From Bugula neritina (taxonomy: Eukaryota > Animalia > Bryozoa), in the NCBI GenBank assembly GCA_964035545.1, contig OZ037768.1:9208741-9272740 (forward strand): DNA of 64,000 nt, in the 5' to 3' direction. Position numbers and translations under genes: made by a program. Positions 11,795-23,700 of the stretch are shown here, piece by piece. Position 1 is the stretch's first letter. Every line of letters starts with the position of its first letter. The notes beneath the pieces are model-generated. The model did not search any database and was not told the DNA's origin. It was given only the letters and a program-made list of their open reading frames with translations.

Positions 11795-14700
11795 TTAAAA
11801 TTCTGTTTCTGAGCCGCCAATCTTAGATAGGTCTGGAGTTGAATTTTTTTCACCTACAATTATATAAAATGGGAAATTGCAAAAATTCCAAAAGTTAAAA
11901 CTTTTAAAAATATGCTGGTCTGAACAGTTTATAACATTAGCACATTGTCTTCATCTTTACATATATATAAAATACAAGTTATAAATTTTTGCATCAGAGC
12001 ATGCATGGGTCATGAAAGTAGGTAGTTTACTTGCATAGGGTATAACTATACGTGAGTTGTTTTAAATAAGAAAGCTATGCATAAATTGGAAAAGCATGTC
12101 AACATATTTTGCTTTTACCTATCTATTAACAGCATTGATTTTAAAAACAACATTCATAAACAAAGTGGTTTAACTGCAAAATAGTACCCTTACCATCACC
12201 TCTGTTCCCACCAGCCAATTCATCAGCTGAACAATCATTTTTTGCATTTTTTTTATCATTTGAACTTTGAGTAGTTGGAACATCAGCTTCAAGTGTAACA
12301 TCCATACCTTCATTAGAGTAGTATAGTTATTTTATAAAAAGTCAAATAACAGTGACACAGTTAAATACAAGTTTCAGCAAAAAAGATGTTTTACATTAAA
12401 TCAATAACTTGAATAAATTTCCATCAATTTGAACTGAAATACAAATCTTTAATACAAACCAACTTTTGGAATGCTGTCTAAACATAAATTTTAATAAGAA
12501 ACTTGCAGTTTAAATCAGGAAATTAAAATACTTTGAACTGAAGCTTTGGTAGCTCTTATTATAAAAATCAGCTTGAAAAACTGTCTAGTAGGCCATGTAT
12601 AACTTTCCATAAGCCAAAAACAAGAGAAAGTATCGCGATAAAATATAATGATCATCTTCAGGCCAATTCAAATACATTGTTTTATAAAATTTTACCCTAA
12701 AAGTGGAAATTTTATTTCACAACCAAAATCTTGGTTTCTTTAATAAAAAGTTTAATACTCTTCCTGTAGTAAATTCAAAATTGCGAAACTTTTAATCTTT
12801 TTACACGTATTCAATAACAAATATGCTAATAAGTATAAAAATACTGGATAAAAGACCATTTTTAGTCCTGAAATTATTCATTGAATTGAACTGCCTTACT
12901 TTCATTAGCAAAAAAGAGAATTCGATCTAACAAATAATTAGTATCTGCATGACACACAACAGAGTTGATGTTAGTATGATGGATAATTGATAATGATTGA
13001 GAGGTGCAAACTTGCATTCATCAACAGGAGATGCTTTTGCTGTTGAATCCGGCTCTTTGTCATCCAGGTTTTCTAGAATAAAATAAGTTGCTGTTAACAA
13101 AATAGAATATGTTCACATATTTTGCTTTACCATATCTATTAACAGCATTGATTTAAAAAACATGTTAACCATTCATAAACAAAGTGGTTAAACTGCAAAA
13201 TAGTACCCTTACCATCACCTCTGTTCCCACCAGCCAATTCATTAGCTGAACAATCATTTTGTGTATTTTTTTTATCATTTGAACTTGGAGTAGTTGGAAC
13301 ATCAGCTTCAAGTGTAACATCCATACCTTCATTAGAGTAGTATAGTTATTTTATAAAAAATCAAATAACAGTGACACAGCTAACTACAAGTTTCGGCAAA
13401 AAAGATGTTTTACATTAAATCAATAACTTGAATAAATTTCCATCAATTTGGACTGAATTACAAATCGTCAATACAAACCAACTTTTGGAATGCTGCCTAA
13501 ACATAAATTTTTATAGGAAACTTGCAGTTTAAATCAGGAAATTAAAATGCTTTGAACTGAAGCTTTGGTAGCTCTTATTATAAAAATCAGCTTGAAAGAC
13601 TTTCTAGTAGGCCATGTATAACTTTCCATAAGCCAAAAACAAGAGAAAGTATCGCGATAAAATATAATGATCATCTTCAGGCCAATTTAAATACATTGTT
13701 TCATGAGTTTTTACCCTAAAAGTGGAAATTTTATTTCACAACCAAAATCTTGGTTTATTTAATAAAAAGTTTAATACTCTTCTTGTAGTAAATTCAAAAT
13801 TGCAAAACTTTTATTCTTTTTACACGTATTCAATAACAAATATGCTAATAAGTATAAAAATACTGGATAAAAGACCCTTTTTAGTCCTGAAATTATTCAT
13901 TGAATTATGCTGCCTTGCTTTCATTAGCAAAAAAGAGAATTCGATCTAACAAATAACTAGTATCTGCATGACACACAACAGAGTCGATGTTAGTATGATG
14001 GATAATTGATAATGATTGAGAGGTGCAAACTTGCATTCATCAACAGAAGATGCTTTTGCTGTTGAATCCGGCTCTTTGTCATCCAGGTTTTCTAGAATAA
14101 AATAAGTTGCTGCTAACAAAATAGAATATGTTCACATATTTTGCTTTACCATATCTATTAACAGCATTGATTTAAAAAAACATGTTAACCATTCATAAAC
14201 AGAGTGGTTAAACTGCAAAATAGTACCCTTACCATCACCTCTGTTCCCACCAGCCAATTTATCAGCTGAACAATCATTTTGTGTAGTTCTTTGATCATTT
14301 GAACTTTGAGTAAGATCACCTTCAGGTGTAACATCCATACCTTCATTAGAGTAGTATAGTTATTTTATAAAAAAAATCAAATAACAGTGACACAGCTAAC
14401 TACAAGTTTCGGCAAAAAAGTTGTGTTACATCAAATCAACAACTTGAATAAATTTCCATCAATTTGGACTGAATTACAAATTTTTAATACAAACCAACTT
14501 TTGGAATGCTAGTCTAAACATAAACTTTAATAGGAAACTTGCAGTTTAAATGCTTTGAACTGAAGCTTTGGTAGCTCTTATTATAAAAATCAGCTTGAAA
14601 AACTGTCTAGTAGGCCATGTATAACTTTCCATAAGCCAAAAACAAGAGAAAGTATCGCGATAAAATATAATGATCATCTTCAGGCCAATTCAAATACATT

Positions 14701-17700
14701 GTTTCATAAGTTTTTACCCTATAAGTGGAAATTTTATTTCACAACCAAAATCTTGGTTTCTTTAATAAAAAGTTTAACACTCTTCCTGTAGTAAATTCAA
14801 AATTGCAAAACTTTTAATTTTTTTACACGTATTCAATAACAAATATGCTAATAAGTATAAAAATACTGGATAAAAGACCATTTTTAGTCCTGAAATTATT
14901 CATTGAATTATGCTGCCTTGCTTTCATTAGCAAAAAAGAGAATTCGATCTAACAAATAACTAGTATCTGCATGACACACAACAGAGTCGATGTTAGTATG
15001 ATGGATAATTGATAATGATTGAGAGGTGCAAACTTACATTCTTCAACAGAAGATGCTTTTGCTGTCGAAACCGGCTCTTTGTCATCCAGGTTTTCTAGAA
15101 TAAAATAAGTTGCTGTTAACAAAATAGAATATGTTCACATATTTTGCTTTACCATATCTATTAACAGCATTGATTTAAAAAAAAAATGTTAACCATTCAT
15201 AAACAAAGTGGTTAAACTGCAAAATAGTACCCTTACCATCACCTCTGTTCCCACCAGCCAATTTATCAGCTGAACAATCATTTTGTGTAGTTCTTTGATC
15301 ATTTGAACTTGGAGCAGTTGGAACATCACCTTCAGGTGTAACACCCATACCTTCATTAGAGTAGTATAGTTATTTTATAAAAAATCAAATAACAGTGACA
15401 CAGCTAACTACAAGTTTCGGCAAAAAAGATGTTTTACATTAAATCAATAACTTGAATAAATTTCCATCAATTTGAACTGAATTACAAATCTTTAATACAA
15501 ACCAACTTTTGGAATGCTGCCTAAACATAATTTTTTATAGGAAACTTGCAGTTTAAATCAGGAAATTAAAATGCTTTGAACTGAAGCTTTGGTAGCTCTT
15601 ATTATAAAAATCAGCTTGAAAGACTTTCTAGTAGGCCATGTATAACTTTCCATAAGCCAAAAACAAGAGAAAGTATCGCGATAAAATATAATGATCATCT
15701 TCAGGCCAATTCAAATACATTGTTTCATGAGTTTTTACCCTAAAAGTAGAAATTTTATTTCACAACCAAAATCTTGGTTTATTTAATAAAAAGTTTGACA
15801 CTCTTCCTGTAGTAAATTCAAAATTGCAAAACTTTTAATCTCATGACGCATATCTAATAACAAATATGCTAATAAGTATAAAATACTGGATAAATTACTC
15901 TTTTTGGTCCTGAATGCTAACCCAGTTCTAAAAGTATTCATTAAATTACTCTGCTGTAGTTTTATTGGAAAAACAATTGATACTACAAATAATTAGTCTG
16001 CATGAAACACAACAGTGTAATGGATAATTGACAATGATTGAGAAATACAAACTTACATTCGTTAGCAGAAGATGCTTTTGCTGCAGCTTTCGGCTCTTTT
16101 TTCTCCACATTTTCTAAAATAAAATTAAATCTGTTACAATAGTTTTACTTTAAGTAAAATAAAGTTAAGATACATATTATTACAAACCAAGTTTTACACT
16201 AAATCGTGTGTAGGCGAGTGTGTAGATATACCAGAAAGGGTTTTTCAAGTTTAGTAAAATTCAATTTACATTGTAGCCTTACCTGATGAAGTTGGTTCAC
16301 CAAACTTTTCCATAATGAATTCAAATACTTTATCAATAGCCATGTGGGATGTTTCCTCATGCTTCAATGTGCCTGCTGACAGGCAAATCATCTCCCTGCC
16401 CTTTGATACTTTAGCACCAAGCTTCTTACCACTTGTAACCCAGTTTTTACAGACCTATAAATGATAAGGAGTCCAATTAGACCATGATAGGTGTATAGTT
16501 ATCCCTCATAATGATTTATACATGAACTAATAATAGTAACTCAAAATAATACAAAAACAAAGGTAGAAGATGCTGTTGAATGTTTGAATTTTTAAGACTT
16601 TGAACTTGAGTTCACTGAACTAGTCACCATAGTTTAGTAAACAAGCTGAAATTTACTTGTTTGAAGTATTCCCTTGAAGAAGAAGGTGGACTGCCAAATG
16701 CATCAGTGAACGCAATGGCAACAACTCGTTTCTTGAAGTCATCTTCAAATTGCTTCAGCATATCAGTAGTAACTCCACCACCTGCACTGTGAGCTACCAT
16801 AGCTATCTTCTTTATTGATTTCTGATTCAACACAAAGTTATGCCAAACAAATTTTCCATGTCCAGAAGGACTCTGCTGACTTCCCTGAAATATAATGGTA
16901 GATAATTTTACAGACCACGGTTTTATGTAAAAAAATTCAAGCCAATTGGTTTTGTGCAACAAATCAATAGTTATTGAGAAGATTTATTAAGAGCGAGCTT
17001 TTCAGGGGAAAAATTTAACCCAAAAGCAATAAATTAAATAATTATAAAATACAATTTGAACAAACTATAAGATAAATCATTCACTTAAACCAACTTCAAA
17101 GCCTTGTAACAGTAAATCTAAGTAATAAGCATATGCTGACATTGTTTTACAAAATCAACTGCATGCATTTCAGAAAGCTTTGCTAACAATGTAGAAATAT
17201 TGAATATTTTAATTCCTTTACTGGGACTAGTTTTAGCACCAAACAAGCTTTAAAATAATGATATCGAAAATTAATTTTTTAAATAAATCTCAGGTTTTGG
17301 TAGTTAGTATCCCACCAAAAATCTTTAAGTTTTCCTACTACTAATAATGTGTGCACGTACCAAATGTAAATCGTTTGTGTTCATCACTAATACACCCCAT
17401 CCTGCAGCTTGGGCTCTTTTGATATATGGGAGTTGTGTACCACTATCCAAGCAGTCATTGATGATTAACCTGGTTGGGCAAACAGAAAGTAAAAACTGTT
17501 TATCGATGGCAAAATGAATCCTAACTTGATAAAATTATATAAGATGAATAGCAATCTAGAGGTTAGCAAATAAAACTTACAGCTAGTCATAGACAAGCAC
17601 TAAAATTATACACTTATTAATTAAATACATTAAACACTTTAGAAGTGAATATTTCCAAAAGCTGCATTTTTTCATATAGTCTCATGACATGTGTGCAGTG

Positions 17701-20700
17701 TAAACTGGCAACTGAATACTGAGTCACTACCAGAATCACTGCGTTTCCATTCAGGCGAATAAATCTTTACCGGCATCCATACGGATTACATGTGTCTATG
17801 CAATCTGTACGAAGTTATCTTCTTTTTGCAATTGTGCCAGCTGAATTAAAATTTGTAAATTAATATGATCAAATTTGAGTCGGTGTTCATGCCCAATGAC
17901 AATAGACCATGTAAAACTCAGCCAATCAGCAAAGTGTACCAGGTCAATACCCCACCAGTATATTTTATGTAAAATTCTGCAAGTTCGTTTGCAAAATGCA
18001 TGCTTCTAGAAAGCAGTTGTGCAACTTTTTTCTAGTGCATTAATTTATTTCATATTTTAACTTTATGACCCTCTGGTGTATTTTTCAAAACATCTAAGTT
18101 AAGTGTTTATAAAATGCAATTAAAAATTGTGTATCTACAAAAATGACCTGGTACAGTTTTGCAGCTTAAGGCCAGTTGTTAAATAACTCTTAGCTTTATT
18201 TGTTCTCTATTATACAATTATGAATACTATTGTTCCCCAATATGCCAGCTGGTAATGAGCCGCCAGATTTTGGTACAGAACTCTGATTGGCTGGGTTTTT
18301 GAATGGTCTTCTAATACATACATCTGATTGCCTGAATAGTGTACACTCTGTCTACGTTTACATAGTGTAAGCTACAGGGTAGTATTATACCAACTTTCTG
18401 TTTACCAATATTTTGTTCATAATAGTAAATAGGCTATTCAGCAAAGATTTTATGGCATGTAAGCCATGGGAACTACTAAAGAGGTTAAATCAACCATCAC
18501 TGCTGCTAATATTGCTTATGCACCTATCCCATTATGGTTCTTACCTCTAAACTTTGTAACTATCTCATTAAACATTAGTAGTTGAACCATCTGTATATTT
18601 ATCTGTAGGGGTTAGGAGTTTAGATGTCTAGACAAAGATGATTTACATACACGGGCTTTCCATGTACCGATCTCAGATCGATCTTGCTGAGATCGATCTG
18701 AGACATGTGCTCAGATCGATCGTTTTTCCATGAGAGTGTCAGATCGATCTCGCGAAGTTGCCTCCTCTTAAGTGAAGGATACTTTAAAAGTATAATTTGT
18801 TTACCTAACTGAGTGATTAAAGCTACTGCTGTTGAAAACAAGATAGTCATAGTCTAAAGTTTAATCCCAGCTATAAACTATACGCAGCAAAGCTTTCAGT
18901 GTATAGTAATTTGGCCAATTTAAAATAATTAATTTTAATTTTTTAGCTTGACAGCTTATATAAAATTAATGGCTGTCTAGCAGATTATTAATAAACTTAC
19001 AAGACTGTTAGGCTTAAAATTACAAAGAAAATAGCTAATGAAACTAAGTTTTATTAGTCATTTAAAATCAATTTAAATTTTCCCATTTTTTTACCTTCTA
19101 CTGCATATAATTGAGTTTTCCTAATCATTGTACTGAAAGTCAAAGTTTTGGCATCTGAAAAAGTGGCTATCATAATTATTTATTACTTTGCTTAGTAATT
19201 ATCAATAAGTTATCATTTTTATTAGCAGACAACATTGTAGCGCGCAGTCTTTTTCTACTTCTCAGATCGATCTGGCGTCTTTCCATGGTCTTATTGACAT
19301 GAGATCGATCTGAGTTCGAGCTCCACAGACCGACCAGCTCAGATCGACGGAGATCGATCTTTGGCGTCTTTCCATAGATCGATCTCGCTAAGATCGATCT
19401 GAGATCGGTACATGGAAAGCCGGTGATAGAGTATTCATCTATCACCTAAAGTAGTTCACTTGCTGTCTTGACTTATTTAGTTGAGGTTATAATTTAACAT
19501 GCAACAATCCTATGCTCAGTGAAGAATAAACTTTTTTGGTTGCAATTTTTTTAGGAGGAGTAAATTAGTTTTGCTTATACTTTTCTTAGTCATTTTAAAG
19601 CCTATCAAAAATGACAACCTCATTACTAGTTCTTGCCTGATAATACTTCAGTGTTTAAAGTTGGAATGATTTTATACTTATTGCTAACTTCACTCAAACA
19701 CAAAATTTATTAAGATTAGTGTTGTTATAGCTACATGGGTTTAAACCAGCTAATAAGTAAAGCAATTGATTTTTGTCAGAAGTATTTGTTTAAATTCATG
19801 AATTTATTCAAAGCTTTGTCTCATACAGCCAGCTTACTATGCATAGTTACAACATTATGCAATGAATGTTGACACCCATTACATTCTGTTTGAATGGTAA
19901 AGCCTTCAGCTAGCATTTCTTGAAAGTTCTATGGTCTGCTGGGATCTCCGCAATTTGCAGCCACCCTCTATAACTGATGAAGCCTAGTACTTTTATAAGA
20001 TTTTTCTTACGATATTTTGAAGCTATGAGATTAGATCATGTAAAAACATTATGTTATAATAGGCAGCATAAATTGCAATTTCTCTTCAACAATTTATGTG
20101 TTTATAATTCATTGAAAAAAACTTTATATTATTGCTAAACTGTGCATTTTAAATCCTGCCAATAAATATAATGTGACTAGTTCAACCTATTGTCCAAATT
20201 TAAAAATAAAAACAGTATTTCAGATTCAGAAACAGCCAACCCAGGCTTAGCATAAGCTGCAATACAAGTTATTTAAGCTATGGTATTGGTAAGCTGAAGA
20301 ATAGGGTCATCTAAAAGAAATGCATTTAAAAAAATTGTACATGATAGCTTACCAAAGCTAAATCATTGAATGATTGCTAGTTATTTTCTATGATTGAAGG
20401 AGTGAGTTCATTATCTGAAGAAAATTGAATACGTTTATATGAGTATATTAGTAGTAACACTATGATGTAGACTTGCTATTACAAACTAAAATATATACAG
20501 CAGAGAGGGTTGACAGTTCCCATGGCTCACATGCCATAAAATCCTTGCTGAATAGCCTATTTACTATTATGAACAAAATATTGGTAAACAGAAAGTTGGT
20601 ATAATTCTACCCTAGAGCTTGCACTATGTGAACGTAAACAGAGTTTACACTATTCAGGCAATCAGATGTATGTATTAGAAGACCATTCAAAAACCCAGCC

Positions 20701-23700
20701 AATCAGAGTTCTGTACCAAAATCTGGCGGCTCATTACCAGCTGGCATATTGGGGAACAGTATTCATTCATACTTATAAAATAGAGAACAAATAAAGCTAA
20801 GAGTTATGTAACAACTGGCCTTAAACTGCAAAACTGTACCAGGTCATTTTTGTAGACATACTATTTTTAATTGCATTTTATAAACACTTAATTTAGATGT
20901 TTTAAAAAATACATCAGAGTGTCATAAATTTAAGATATGAAATAAAGTAATGCACTTGAAAAAAGTTGCACAACTACTTTCTAGAAGCATGCATTTTGCA
21001 AACGAACTTGCAGAACTTTATATAAGTTATAATGGTGGAGTATTGACCTGGCACACTTTGCTGATTGGCTGAGTTTTACATGGTCTATTTTATTACCGCT
21101 TCAACCCCTATTTTTGTAAAATTAAATTCATTAAATACTCAAAATTTGAGTCAATTTATTTTAAATTAAAAAAGCACAAACCAATGAATGCATAAAGTCT
21201 TTTGTGACCGGTAAACTAAAGCTTAATTTAAATTTTCAAAATGAAAATAGCTGTCAATTTATTTTTAGCTTGGGAATGCTTTGGCTTACAGAAATTTTTT
21301 ATAAATTTAAGATGATTGATAATTATTTTAAATAATAACAGCTAAGATAAATAAAATAATTTAAATTATTATGAGACAAAAGGCATTTCAGTTTACTATG
21401 TAACTAGCCACCACAATCGTTGATCTCTGCCTCCGTCACAAATCATTTCGATTAATTAAACCGAAGGAACCATTTTCATCATTAGCATGATGTGAAGGAA
21501 ATTTTTCATCGAAGGAGCCGTTCCATTGAATTTCCGGCTGCGGTTTTGCTACCATGCAACTATTTCCAACTATTGCAACTATTTTTTGACAAAATCCATT
21601 AGCATAATGCGATAATGGAAACGTAGCGAATATAGTAATAATAATATAGGCTTCAGCTGCCCAAAACAAGTCGCTATTCCCATGCCAACTTGGTAGCTAG
21701 GCCTACTTGTTACAATAATATTATTAAATTACCAACATATTACATCAGGTACAGGTTATAGGAAAATATTGTTGCCACTCACCGTGTGTGTTTCTAGGTA
21801 TGTATTTGTGTGAGTACTTGTGTACGTATATTTGTGTATGTGTGATTTTCCATGTGTTTTGTGTGTGTTGTGTGAGTGTTTAAGCGTGTTTGTACATAAT
21901 AATTAAAATACACAGAGCATAAAATATAAATAAGAAATTGTTTTTACAATATAAAGATAAATAGAAATATACTTCCTAAATGCTGTAACGTGTTACCTGC
22001 GTGCCCACTGGCCTGCTCTAACCACTCCACTGCCGTGTATCAACACTAGTAGCTTTTCACAATCATTATAGTTTTTACTCACAAATATGAAAGTGCTTTC
22101 TTTCTACAAAATAATTTTGCCAAATCTAAAAACATTTTATTGTGTTACATAAGATGATGAAAACAACTATTTGAAAATATACACAAACTTAATATATTAC
22201 AAATTTGGGTATACAGCAGCCAGTACAACTCATACACAGGGAGATGACCATCACATAACAATAATGAGGTATTGTTATACGATTGCTGAATTGACCACTT
22301 CTGAGGCAAGTCACAATAAATTACATAATTCCAAAAGGATGGGATTTTTTACTAAAATTACCAAACAAGGAAGAAATAAACAAATTTGAGAAAATATAAC
22401 AAAACTCAATACCAAAACCCAGCAAAGTTTCATTTGTATGAAGGTTTATGTTTATATATATAGTTGTAGCTAAAAAGAAGCAACTGTGGTCTAGTGGATT
22501 AGTAAGCACGGCTCAGCGGTTCGAACCCCAGTAAAAGCCATTGGTGATGTTAGGAAGGACATTCAGTTATAGGACAACTGCACTTCCAATTAAATAATGA
22601 ATGGAACAAATTGCAAGCATCACAAAATGTTTTGGAACTGTAGGAATGACAGCACACAGCCTATAGACAAAGATATTTACTCAACTGTTGACTTACATCA
22701 CCAGGCACCAGGTGTTTTTTCTGCAGATGCACATCTTTTTCTAGCCGTTCATACACAATTTCAGTCATTAACTGTAGTATAAAAAGCAGTTCATACATGA
22801 TTTTAGTCATCAACTGTAGTATAAAAGCAGTTCATACACAATTTCAGTCGTCAACTGTAGTAAAGAAAGCAGTTATAAATGCCTGTTTATTTTGTGGTCT
22901 CTTAAATCTGACAAAACAAAATAAACAGGAAACGTATTGGGTTATTAAAGCAACAGATTAGAATTTTAGGCTCACTTCTCCAATTGCCTCATATCTTTTC
23001 TGATTACGTTGATGGTCGCCAAAATAATTAAATTCAAACGGATGATTCGCATTATCAACCAACTCTCTCTCATCTAAAATAATATTGAACAGTTTCTGTA
23101 CCCTTACTTTGATAATAATTGCAATATATATCTTGAAAGTGAAAAATTATAAGCTTACAGAACTAAAGAAATTAGTTCCAAATACTAAAATCCTTGTCAC
23201 TACTATCACAAAATGGCGCACATGCATACCATTGAATTTTAACCCAAACTTTTTATGTAACCTGGCTTCGGCAGACATTGCATTATTCCCGTTAGATTGT
23301 CCTCTTTCGGTCTCCTCTAAATTGAAAACAAGAAGCTGAGAATTAGCACATGTGCAAAAGTTACGTGAAACCATATACCAGCAGTCTAAAAAAACAACTT
23401 TGTTAAAAGAATGGATAAGCCCTGCAAATCAAATTATCAAGGTGATTTACTAATGGGTACCTGAAAACAGTACATTTAAATATTATCTTTCAACATTTCA
23501 ACTCCCTTCCATTGAATTGATGGAAAACAATGTATACTGCTTCAACAGTAGTAGCTTGATGTAACAAACAGTATTGTTGAAAAACACTCCTAACCCCTTC
23601 ATTATTAATTTAGCAGCAAATGTATAAAGATAATTTTCACACACATTGGTATAGGTATGATTGTCATTATTATGTTTACCAAAATTCATATCACATGTAA

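Larger units (their letters stand above)
17737..21628. mobile_element. Outer non-autonomous CAC-terminal (CMC/CACTA-Chapaev-like) element with 3-bp TSD AAT
   Basis: Left CACTGCGTTTCCATT; right AATGGAAACGTAGCG; AAT at 17734-17736 and 21629-21631. TIR is short with two mismatches. Confidence 0.6.

Noticed and set aside
18475-20514. Transposase inside the long-TIR element
   Set aside because: No long ORF or DDE motif recognisable; the ORFs at 18620-18850 and 19176-19445 derive from MITE palindromes.
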